This document shows, in pieces, positions 40,130 to 52,354 of a stretch of 64,000 bases of DNA. Source of the DNA: the human T2T-CHM13v2.0 reference genome, Homo sapiens. The first letter of the stretch is position 1. Each line of letters begins with the position of its first letter. The stretch lies in NCBI RefSeq assembly GCF_009914755.1, contig NC_060930.1. One strand, written 5' to 3'. The position numbers and the translations under genes are program-made. Under the pieces are notes generated by a model that was given only the letters and a program-made list of their open reading frames with translations, had not been told where the DNA came from and did no database searches.

Positions 40130-41029
40130 TCAAAAAATCAGGCCAGAATGTTCTCACTTCCTGAAAGATGCCACACTTTTTCTTCACATGAAGGCCCTTA
40201 GAATACTTTAGAACGAACGTAGCTTAGTAAGTAAATGGTGTGTGGAGGACAATGCTGCTGCAGGAGACCACCTGGAAAGCCACATGCTCAAGTGCAAGGA
40301 AGGGGCGAATGGCCCCAGGATAATGGAGATGCACATTCCCTGTCCCCAGCCTGGTGCAGCAAATTTGCAGTCACCACCATTTCCTTGATTTTTCTCTTGC
40401 AAATAACACACTTGCTCCACAAATAACACAGAAATAGCTACTTTTAATACTTTTAATACTTATGGCTCATATTTTCAAGTTCTCACCTGAGACAGACCAT
40501 GGGCACCTATTATGCTATATCTTCAAAGAGAACATAATTCCTTTTAAATATAGGTCATCTTTTATATTTCAGATTCAGATAAACTTGTATAGTCAATGCA
40601 TATTCAAGTTCTGAAACTTAATATTTTATTCTCATATGTTAATGTGTAGTTTCTAAACTGAATCCATAAATATTCCCAGATAATTATGTGTAATGGCCCA
40701 AGGTGGGTACATTCATAACACCATCATGCAAATAAAGAATCTGAGGCTTGGAAAGCTCAATGCCATTTTTATAAGAGGAGTAAATGGGGCCAAAAATCAT
40801 TGTTTTCTGGATAAAAATCACTTATTTTTATCATTCAGTGGCTCTCTAAGTTTGTTACCTCAATAATGTATTTATTATTCACGCATTAAATTCAATTAAT
40901 AAGAGATAGAGCCCATTCCCAAAAAATTCATGGTATAACACGTGGTTACAATCTCATTGTGTGCATGAAATGATAAGAAACAGTATAATGTGGTGACTCA
41001 TGTGAATGGGAAATTTCAGAGTCAGATGT

Positions 41030-41395
41030 TGTTTTTAGTCAGTTTGAACTGCTATAACTAAAATATCATAGACTGGGTGACTTAAGAGCAGAAATATATT
41101 GCTCACAGTTCTGGAGGCTGAGAAGTCCTAGATTAGGGTGCTAGCAGGTGGGGTCCTAGTGAGGGTCCTCTTCTGGTTTGAAGATGGCCATCTTCTCATT
41201 GTATCCTCACATGATAGAGAGCAGAGGAGGGAGGAAGCAAGCTCTCTCCTGTATCTTCATTAGGGCACTGATTCCTTCATGAGGGCACCACCCTCCTGAT
41301 CTAATTATCTTCCAAAGGCCCTACCTCTTCATACTCTCACATTGGGAGATTTTAACATATGAGTTTTGGAAAACACAAACATTCAGCTCATAGCA
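41030..41395 (-). mobile_element. MaLR solo LTR (MLT1A/MSTD-like) splitting a + strand MIR (about 40960-41600)
   Basis: TG...CA termini, perfect TSD GATGT (41025-41029 / 41396-41400). The MIR core ccttgggcaaattgcttaacttct resumes after it. Confidence 0.9.
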
Positions 41396-42074
41396 GATGT
41401 CTATCGAGTCATCTGTTTTCTTTCAAATTACTAGTCCTTGGGCAAATTGCTTAACTTCTATGTGTTTCAGTTATAAAAATGGATAATAATAGTGCTTATC
41501 TCATAGGGTTCTGAGGAGGATAAAATGAGAAAATTTGTATAAAGAGCACAGCACAATACCTAAATAATTGAGAAAAATCTCAATAATTGTTAGCCCGTGA
41601 CATTAAAATTATAAAAACATGGGAAGGTATATGAAAGTTCTTATACTATACTAACATAAAATTCGTAATTACCCCTTCAAGTAAAGAGAGTTCTAGAAAC
41701 TGGGGATATGCCTTAGCCTTATGCATTCATTATATTCGTGCTATAAAAAATAGAGGAGCTGTAAGTCTGCTGGAAGTGGAGGCATGCTACTGTTACTCCG
41801 TGTGAGATGTGTGAAGAAGGACACCCTGTATGACACGGTTTGGCAACCTGTCCCTGCTTGGCCTCAGCTAAAGAAAGATGAGGTCATTTGCATCCCATCT
41901 GCTAGCCTTAGTGTCCAGTGTAAAGTGTTATCAACTTAAAAGTGAAGCAGACTGTGTGAACGTGTTGTAAAGCTAGTCCAGGAGCAAAAGTATTGAGAGT
42001 TTGGAGAATGAAGAAAATAAGAGAAAAGTCTCAGTGGGTTTGGAAGCTTCAGATCACAAGAATAGAGCCTAAAG

Positions 42075-42485
42075 GGTCATTAATTAGAATACTTTGGCTG
42101 CAAGTTATAGACGACAACTTAAGCTAGCCTAAGCAAATGGGGTGGGGTATTTAATGTAAAAATATAAGAAATAATATCAGGTATCTCATATGACATAGAA
42201 GACTGGGTCCAGAGTGGAAAGGCTCCAGGTTTCTGTCTTCTTGCCTCCTGTCTCGCCCTATGCCTTCTTCATCTTCTCCTCAGATATCTTTATTTCGTGA
42301 GCACGCATGGTGAGTCTAAGGATAACCATGCCAATGCTCATGAGTTCACATGTTATTATAGGTCCAGATACCCAAAGAGAATGACTGAATTCCCTCAACC
42401 CACAGGGTTCTGCATAGCACAGAGAGAAATACTGTCCATGGAGGGGGAAGAAAACTCCATGGCTCTGTTAGAGGATCCATTTGTT
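42075..42485 (-). mobile_element. Old MLT1 (J/K-like) LTR remnant
   Basis: attagaatactttggctgcaagttatagac...gcctaagcaaa. Confidence 0.5.
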
Positions 42486-42649
42486 ATGAAAGTTTGAGGT
42501 GTAGAGTCAACTAAGTTTAAAAGCCAGACCTTATCTTCACTTCTATTATATAGATTTCTGGCTATAAAATGCCTCTCCATTGCCTCGGGATGAAGACTAA
42601 GAAAAGACGAACATTAAGTTTTGTTTTTGTTTTGTTTTGTTTTGTTTTG

Positions 42650-43561
42650 CTTTGCTTTGTCTTATAAAGAAAATAGATCATTAGGACATTGTCTTCTGAG
42701 TTAATAAAAATACATTTTAAGTTACAGGACAACAATAAAATATTATTAACATTAGTTAATAGAATAAAAAAAGAAAATCAGTGAGTATTTAATCAAGTTA
42801 ACAAAAAATGTACCTATAATAACATTTTATTTCAACAGAGTAAGGGAAGCCTTCTATAACTGAAGGCAACTTAATACTAGCCTCTATGCAAATTATCTGT
42901 AAGATATATGAGGAATTGGCTGCTAACAAAATTAGGCTGAGCCCCTAGGTGATGCTGCTCCAGGTAATGAAAAACAACTCTTTGAAAGAAATCAATAACA
43001 GTAGGAAATACTTTCCTTCCCCAAATTTTCCAGTTATAAAAATATATTCTCAAGTTACCATGCTCCTAGCAAATACCCTCAAATACTGTGGGAATTAATA
43101 TCTTTTTCCACTTGATCAAACTTCATATTTCTCATATTATTTGGCTTAGATGGGTATGAAAAAATATAGACTTATGTAATAAAAGTACATTAAAAGAAAT
43201 TATGATAGTGGAGTTGGAGTAGGGATGAGGGAGAACAGGGATGCTGTCAGCCAGTTCTGTGACTGTAGCTGTTGATTCCATTAGTGTCTTACTGCAAACT
43301 TGAAGTAAGGTTTTTATAATTCAGTCCTTAATTTAAAAAAAATACAGAGTCGACTATTTTACAAACTGTGGACAATTTATTGGTAAAGAAAATAGCACAG
43401 TCTGTGATCTTTGCTTTGTCTTATAAAGAAAATAGATCATTAGGACATTGTCTTCTGAGTTAATAAAAATACATTATAAGTTACAGGACAACAATAAAAT
43501 ATGATTGTTAACATTAGTTAATAGAATAAAAAAAGAAAATCAGTGAGTATTTAATCAAGTT
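42650..43561 (+). repeat. Non-tandem direct repeat: 42650-42799 (150 bp) and 43409-43561 (153 bp)
   Basis: The copies differ by about 2 substitutions and one 3-bp indel. Confidence 0.97.
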
Positions 43562-44059
43562 TGAGTGTAGGGGAGTAGAGGAATACCAGCAAGAAACCTG
43601 GCCACAACAATGTGACAAAGTGAAGTTCTACAACAGAGGAGGTAGGGAATGTTTGGGAGGCACCTAGAGGGCCTCTAGTAAAGGCCTTGGAGGTAGGGAA
43701 GGTCTACGAAGCTCTATGGACAATAGTTCCCATTAGCTAGACCAAGAAGGAGATTAAGAAAGAGGGGGTTAAGGTGGAGGAAGTGCAGAGAGCGTATTCT
43801 AGGCAGAGGGACCACGATGTAAAGAGATTTGGAGGCAAACAAGACCTCAGCTTATTAGGAAAATGAAGAAAAAAATAAAAGGTTTCAGTAGGGTTGGTAT
43901 TCCTTATAAGGAATGTTTGTTTAGCTTCAAGTATGTGAAGCCAAAAGTTATTTCAGGGCTAATCCTAGTATAAAATCACTTTTGCTAGGATGGTTAGAAT
44001 TATAGGCTTGGTTTCAAGGGCTGAAACATACCTCTTAAGATCCAGAAGATAAATACTGT

Positions 44060-44800
44060 TGACTCATTCATTCAATAAACAACTTTCAAGCACCTAATTG
44101 TGTCAGGCACTGGGACAACTGCAGTGGTGAACAAATAGATCTGGCTCCTGACTTTGTGGAAACTGAAATCTAGCTAGTAGACTGGGCATTGAACAAGACA
44201 ATACAAGCATAGTGAGTGTTTCTATGAGAAGTACGGGTGTTATGGGAGTGTTATTAGAAGTCTCCAACCAGTCCAAGAATGCTGGAAATATTTCCAGGAA
44301 GCATTACCCTAGCTAAGATTTCTGAAGAAGGAGAAGCAGTTGGTTAGGAAAGGAAGAAGGCTGATGGATTAGAGCAGTCAGGGAATCTGGATGTAAAGAC
44401 GGGAAAAAAAGCACTCACAGATGATGGAAATGAAGCAATTCCAGGATGCCTGGAGCAGAGGAAGTAAGAAGGAAAACAGTGAGACAAGACTGGACAGGCC
44501 TCTAGGGCCAGATTACTTAGAACTAGTTAGAGGAAGCCTTATGAGCTTGGACCTTATCTTCTGGACAATGAGAATCCACTCAGGTCACAGAGCAGTGTGC
44601 ACTGTGATTGGTGAGATGTGTGTTTCAGAACTATCACTGTACCCCCAGTATGCAGGATGTTTAGGAGACGAGCAAGATATGAGCCTGAGCTCCAGGAGGA
44701 GACTGGTACAGGGTCCAGGGAAGAGATTACAGTGGCCTGACCTGTGGCTTTGACAGGTGGGACGAAGACAGTGAACAAAGAGAAATACTTAAGTAAGAAC
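44060..44800 (-). mobile_element. L2 fragment
   Basis: tcattcattcaataaac...tgtcaggcactggg... Confidence 0.75.
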
Positions 44801-47446
44801 AAAAGTAAAAGTAAAGTTGCTCAAAAAATTCAATGTTAAGATATACACAGAGCCAACAGAGACATGCCTTTGCCTCAGGATTGTTGGGCTCCAAGACCTA
44901 TAAAAGTTGAACTATCACCAGAATAAATGTATAAACATACTAAAACATGACTGATCTGGAAAAGGAGGAGAGCAGAGAAAAGCAGTCACCCAAGAAAACA
45001 TTGGAAATGGCCACAGATCTCTGTAAGGTGGAGGTGGGTGAAGGGCTTGGTGACCAATGGGTTCATTACAAATTTAAGATGAACCTAACTGTCTTCATTT
45101 GATGCCATCAAATGTTTAACTATTGAACCTTGTAACCCTCCATCCCCTCCTTCTGCCTCCCTGTGAACAAGCAATGGTCAAGTCTTGTCTCCCCTTACAA
45201 GTCTATTGATATATGTTGCAGCATTGTCAACGCTGTATGTTATTTCCATTGCAAATGAAAGTGGAATGAATTCTGGCATGTGACAATCTTACTTCATGAA
45301 CTGTTTAATATAAGCCTTATCCTAGCTGACATATCGTTCTTTCAGGGGCAGACAAAAATAAGCCCTGCATTTAGGATTGACCTGAGAGGTGAGTAGTGGG
45401 AAAGACAACAGCAAGACCGAGAGCCAGATCCTGGCTGGCCCTTGGAAAACCCTTCATTAGGAATGTGCAGTCTTTGGGGTTCATAGCAGCTCACCATGTT
45501 TTTCACATTTTTTTTTGTAGAGTTCAGTTCATTTACAGTAGAGATGACAATACCCACATTCTGCTTATCACACTACCCATGAACATACTACATTCATATG
45601 GCATCATACTGTTCTAAGATATTGAATTATGTAGTAAGTAGATTTTAAGAATCAGCTCAAAGTTTGTTTCCCAAAGCCTACCTTATTATACCTGTGCTCA
45701 GCTTTTCTGACAGAAATTCATAGACGGCTCATGTGTTAACATGTACTACATCTATATTTCATTTCTCCCACAGGAAGAATCCTAACTCCCAAGAAAACAG
45801 ATGAGAGAGTCAGAATATCTCATAAGTATATATTTTTATTATTCCATGATAGTCATACAAATGTCCTAGAATAACTACTAATACTACCACTACCAACTCA
45901 TTACTGAGAAGAGTTAAAACAAATTTCATACTACCTTCCCATCTCCTCCTTTTAAAATAGTTTTACTATATCTACATTATCTGAGTACAATACCATCTTT
46001 CTTTTAACTTTTATTTCATCTTAGTTCTATAATTAAGGATATGTTTAACACTTACCTCCTGTTCCTATGATGATGGCTCCCTAGTTATTTCACTAGTCTG
46101 AAGCTTATAATCTTGTTCTAGAGTAGATTTCTCAGGAAAAGTTCATGGGACTAAAACTTAGATTTTGCTTATTGAAAACATTTTGTCTACAATCTTTATC
46201 TCAAAAGCCAATTTTGCTGGATATAATTCAGGGTGCACATTTTATTTTTCTGAAGTGTTTTCAATATGTTGTTCCAGTTACCTTTAGTATAAAAGCTTTG
46301 CTGCCCCCAAATCTGATAATAATCTTTTTTCCCTTATAAAACCCTTACTGATTTTTCCTGGACATCCAAAATATATTTTTCTTTTTCTATAAAGTCTAGT
46401 GATTTTACTAGAACAATTATTGGTATTGATTGTATTAGGTCAATATTCTTAGAAATGTAATGCTCTCTTTTAACATGGATTTACATTTTTTTAATTTTAG
46501 GAAAGTTTTCTTGAATTACAGTCTTCAGCATTTCTTTCCTTGCTTTAGTTTTCTTTGTCAAGAATTCCTAGTATCTATATATTAAATCATCTTTTACACA
46601 TTTTCTGTAATCCTTTTTATTCTCTCATTTCATGTACATGCTATTGAAGTATAATTATATACAATAATATGCATTGATATTAATGACAGTTTGATATATT
46701 CTACAAATGTGTAATACACTCATGAAACCAACATACAACCAAAACCTAGGACATTGCCCTCACTCTAGAAAGTTTCCTAGTGTCCCTTTTTAAACTATCC
46801 TGCTCTCCAATTAGAGACAACCATTATTCTGATTTCTTGCCCCATATATTAATCTTGCCTGTTCTTGAACTTAATAAAAATGAAATCATAAGGTAGATAT
46901 TATTATGTCTCTATTCTTTCACACAACATGAGATTCATCCATGTTCTTGCATGTAACAAGAGCTTATTCCCTTTAATTGCTGAGTAATGTTCCATTGCAT
47001 GAATACACAATGTTTATTCTTCTGGTGATGAACATATGGGTTGTTTCTAACTCTCACTATGACAAATAAAGGTACAATCAACATACATACACAAGATTTT
47101 ATTAACATATATTTTCACTTAGTGTGGTTATATGCTTAGGAATGAAATTGCTGCATGATAAGGCAGGTGCATGTTTAACTTATAAGAAATTGCCAAACAA
47201 ATTTACACAATACTTTTGTCATTCTGCCTCCTACCAAGAATGTATGAGACGCATTTGGTGTTGATAGTCTTTTAAATTTTAGCCACTCTAATGCGTATGT
47301 AGAGGTATTTAATTATAGTTTCCATTTGCATTTTCCTGATGACTAATGATCTTGAGAGTCTTTTTATGTGTTTATTGGCCATCTATATACCATCTTTTTG
47401 TGAAATATCTATCCAAATTCTTTCTTCTTTTATTGGGCCGTTTGCC

Positions 47447-47457
<11 letters not shown>

Positions 47458-47492
<35 letters not shown>

Positions 47493-47787
47493 TTTGTTGT
47501 TGTTGTTGAGATGGAGTCTCACACTGTCGTCCACGCTGGAGTGGAGTGGCACGATCTCGGCGCACTGCAAGCTCCGCCTCCGGGTTCACGCCATTCTCCT
47601 GCCTCAGCCTCCCAAGTAGCTGGGACTACAGGCGCCCGCCACCACGCCTGGCTAATTTTTTGTATTTTTAGTAGAGACGGGGTTTCACCCTGTTAGCCAG
47701 AATGGTCTTGATCTCCTGACCTTGTGATCCGCCCGCCTCGGCCTCCCGAAGTGCTGGCATTACAGGTGTGAGCCACCACACCTGGCC
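47458..47787 (-). mobile_element. AluY with an (ATT)n(GTT)n tail
   Basis: ctgcaagctccgcctcc...cacgccattctcc diagnostics. 15-bp TSD tgccttttattatta (47443-47457 / 47788-47802). Confidence 0.96.
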
Positions 47788-48120
47788 TGCCTTTTATTAT
47801 TAATCGTATAATCTGGATTTGAATTCTTTGTCAGATTTATTTATTGCAAATATTTTTTCTCAGTCTTTGACTTTTCATTTCTTATTGGTATTTTCTGATG
47901 AATGAAAGTTTTTAATTTTGATGAAGTCCAATTGATAAATTTTCCTTTTACAGTTAGTGCATAGTTCAGTGCAGAAACCTTGCCTATTCCCAGATCATAG
48001 AGATATTCTCCTGTGTTTTTTCTAGGAGGTTTATTGTTTTGACTTTTACATTTATTACTGTAATGCATTATTACTGTATTGCATTATTACTGTACTACAT
48101 CTTGTAATACATAAGCAACA

Positions 48121-48478
48121 TGTCTTAGTTTGTGTGGCTATAACAAAGCCATCCATAGACTGGGTGGCTTATATACCATAGAAGTTTATTTTTTACAGTT
48201 CTGGAACATGAAGTCTGAGAATAGGGTAGCAGCATGGGCAGGTTCTGGTGAGGGCCCTCTTCCACCATGCAGACTGTTGTATTCTTTTTGTATCTTCACC
48301 TGGCAGAGACATTGGAAAACTCCCTGGGGTCTCTTTCATAAAGGTAGTAATCTCACTCCTGAAGCCTCTACCCTCATGACCTAATTGCCTCCCAAGTGCC
48401 CCACTTCCTAATATCATCACACTGGGAGTTAGGATTTCAATGCATAAATTTGGAGGAGGCACATTCAGTTCATAATAG
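48121..48478 (-). mobile_element. MaLR solo LTR (MLT1A/MSTD-like)
   Basis: tgtcttagttt...catagactgggtggcttat...acattcagttcata. Confidence 0.88.
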
Positions 48479-51400
48479 AATGGATCGAGGTTTTTGTTTT
48501 TGTTTTTTTCTAAATATACATTCAGTTCACCCAGATAAATTTTTGAAAATATTGCCTTCCCTCATTAAATGACTGGTACTTTTGTCAACATCAACTGAAC
48601 ATACGTTTAGTCCTGATTATGAACCCTCTCTATTCTGTTCTATCCATGTATTCATCTATCTTTTTGCAAATACCACACTGACCTGATTACTGAAACTTTA
48701 GTCTGAAAATCAGGTAGTGTAAGTCCTTCAACTTCGTTCTTATTTTCCATGATTGTTTTGGCCATTCCAGGTTTAGAATATCATTTTCATTATTCAAAAG
48801 TTCATCGTTATGTTTGATGCTATCTCTAGGTTTTGCAGAGATGCCCATTAATAGGGTTGAAGATATTCCCTTATACTCTTAAGTTTGCTGAGAAATTGAT
48901 CACAAATAAGCATTGAATTTTGTCAGATTCTTCTGTATCAGTTGAAATGATTATATTTTTCTATGTTACTGGGAAAATATATTGAATTATCAAATATTAA
49001 TCAAACCCTGAATTTCTAATATAAGCTCTCCTTTGTCCTCTATATAGACTACTAGAAACAGGGTCTACTTTGTCTGACATTAGTATAACTACTAGCTTTT
49101 ATTTTTGTTTGGTACTTGCATGATATACCATTTTCCATCCTTTGATTTTCAGCTTTCTAACCTTTGACTTTCACCTTTTGTGTTTATATGTTTAAGGATT
49201 GTGTCTTATATGTGCAGCATGTAAGTTTGATTTTGCTTTTCAGTCAGTCTGATAATGTTTACCTTTAAATTAGAATATCTAGTTTATTTATATGTAATAT
49301 AAATGCTGACATAATTATATCAACCACTTAATTATTTTCTATTTGTCTCACTGGATTTATGTTCCATTTTATTTTTTTTCCTTCTTTTGATTAGTCTAAT
49401 ATTTATCAAAATAATAATCACTAGTATTTTAATATTCAACTTTCTCCTGTATTAGTTTGTTAGCTCTACATTCTTTTATTATTTTTTATGGTTATCATAG
49501 AAATTACAAAAAAAATTAATCTTTTATAGTCTCAAATAAATTAGTAGTTTTATCACTTTCCAAGCAAGGCAAGGATCATGAAACACTTAAATTTATCTTG
49601 CATCACTGTTGTGCTTTTTTCACATGCATTTCATTTCTATACATATTTTACATCCTATCTTATATTATTATTAATGTGATTGATTTGCATAATCAATATC
49701 TATGTATCCCCATATGTTTCTCCTTTACGTTATAATCCAGTTACGGACTGAGCTGATTTGATGTGGACTGTGGTTTTATAAAACTTGTTCTGCTTCACCT
49801 GGTGCATCCTGTTCTGAGGGTAGAGCTATCCGGGGGTCCTGGCTGAGATTCTGGGTTCCGATGGTGTACTTGAACCTCTAATCCTTTGAAAGTCTTGACT
49901 CCAATTTTGATTCCTCAGCACCGTGAGACTTCCAGAAACTTTACTCTGATTTTCAGCAGCATACTGCTTAGTTTTGTACCCTGTGCCTTGTGTAGCCTAA
50001 AATGTGATAAATATGAAAATTTTTCTAGAGGGAAACCACCAAGTGTCAGTCTCACTTTTCTTTACTTCCCTCTCTCCAGGATCTCGGTTCCTCAAGTTCT
50101 AGCTGCCTTGGAGCACTTGAATTCAAAATTTTATGTCTACAGTCCTGTGAATGTATCAAAAATTTTCCTTGCTTCTTTGCCTCTTAGTTAAGACTCTCTG
50201 CCTGGATTCTTAGTCTGTTGTCCTGTATCAAGAATCATCAAAAATTCCAAGGGGAAAAACAGCTTGAAGATGATCCGCTTACCTCTCTGAAGTCCTGTTC
50301 CTTCTAATTTGTTGATCCGTTGCATTCTGGTGCTGTGACAGCTTCTCAATATCTTCCAGTGGTTTAAAAAAATTTATCTGGTTTTTCTTGTTGTTTTCAG
50401 TGGGAGAGCTAGTTTGCCCTGGGGTACTACATATTAGCTGAAAGCAGAAGTCTTCTTATGCCAATCTTGATCCCTCCCTTTTATATTATATCTACCACTT
50501 AACACTATTGGAGGATGTTAGAAAACCAATACCTTTCTCAATAGGCTGTGATGTGGCTATGATGTTCTTTAGGACTATGGTGATTACACTTGTAATACTA
50601 TGAGAGAAATTGTATGATAATTGCTTATTCAGTTCTGTTTCAGGTTCCATGTGTGATGACATGAAGCTATTAACGCCTCTGCTTCAAGAGAAATACTAGT
50701 GTAAAATAAACGTTAGTGGAAGTAGGCATCTAATATTGAGGTTAGTGCTATAGCCAAGAATTTCAGAATTCTCACAAAATTTAGGTTTTTGTGTTATAAG
50801 TCCTTTATAATTATCATTACATCTTCAGTTCTAAGCCTCTTACTAAATAATTATTTCTTCTTTTCAAAACATCCTGAGGTGAAAATTTTAACTTTTGGCA
50901 AGTTGTTTTCATCATCCTTTTCTCTTCCCCTCTGTAATAAATCAAAGTAAGGTAATAAAAAGTCTGACTTTGGAAGTTTGTCATCTAAAGTCTCTCTGGA
51001 AGCACAGCAGGCTATTTTCCCTTTTGTGTAACTTGATCTACCTTTTTTTTCCTCCTAATTTTGAGCGGCTGCTTTCTCATTAGAAAAGATGCCTATATGT
51101 GAGAACAAACACTTAAAATGTATGTACAGTTAAATAATGTATTTACAACATGAAAAGTACTAACTGTACTCTACTGTAGGGTTCTGAAGTAAGAAAAGCT
51201 TCAGTAGTAATTAACTTAAAAATATTAGTACTGTGCCAAATTCTGTCATTTACATTTGGCGTGTCTCCTTAGTAGCTGTTCATATCTTTTAATATACAGT
51301 TTTAGAATGTTTACATTATATCTTTTTTTAAGTGAAAGAAAATATGTATGCAGCCCCATATAGTATCTTAGTTACTGGGGTAAAGCTAAGAGGAAAAAGA

Positions 51401-52354
51401 ATCATGGTCTGAATTATTAGGTCATGATAAATTTATTTTTATAATAGAAGTTATTGCTTATTTTTATATTAAAAATAATAAATATTTACAGTGTGCAATT
51501 TGGAATATATTGGGAAGCACAAGGAAGCTAATATTAATTACTTCCAATTATACCTAGAAAGAAAAATCACCACTGATATTTTTATGTATATCCTCATTTT
51601 AACACACACGTATACATACATGCATATACATACACACTATTTTTACTATTTTTTTAATTTAAATTTTCCTGGGGATATTATGACATTCAATATTAAATTT
51701 TATAATTAATTTAAGAATTTATAATAAAAATAATTGCTTTTGCTATCCCTTCAATTAGCAAAGTAATAGAGAAGCTCAAAATTATTTCTTGCTAATATTC
51801 ATACTTGGAATATTTCCATATTCTGTTTTGATTTATTCAGTCATTCATTTAACACTCATAATAAGTAGAGTGGCCATATGTCTTTGTACCTACCCAGGCA
51901 GTCCCAATTTATCCCTTTTTTATGGCTTAATTATAAAGAAAACTTCTTTCACACTTAAAAGTAATGTTCGCATGAGAAATTCTATGGTTTTCTTAATTAT
52001 TTGAAAAAATTGGGGCATATGAAAGCAGAATAATGTGGCACATAAGGTAATTCTGACATGAATTATGTCAGTCTTTAGAGACTATGGCCTATGGGAGATT
52101 AGAATTAACATTAATAACATATAAGGAGTAAAAAGGATCACAGGAGAGGTACCGAGATTTCGCCTACATTGCAATGTGAATTGTACAGGAACTTGACAAA
52201 CATGTTGGAATTGTGAAGGAAACATATGCAAGATTCCACGAAGGCTAAGGATCCTTTAGGGAACCTAAACATTATCAAAGAAACAGACGGAAGAAAAATA
52301 TTAAGATATCATTTTACAATCCTTGGTTTGGCAAAAATTAAGAAATAAAGAATT

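Larger units (their letters stand above)
46640..50455 (-). mobile_element. Ancient fragmented L1M (L1ME/MC-like) hosting an Alu and a MaLR LTR
   Basis: attgaagtataattatatacaata 3' end. The ORF 47841..48068 remnant (GEYLYDLGIGK) is ORF2-like. Confidence 0.75.

Noticed and set aside
42650-43561. Direct repeats as LTRs of a small retroelement or a CRISPR-like array
   Set aside because: No TG...CA termini, PBS or PPT, and only two units.
47490-47787. Exonisation of the antisense AluY
   Set aside because: Its poly-T tract has been converted to (ATT)/(GTT), which is a poor pyrimidine tract, and there is no other support.
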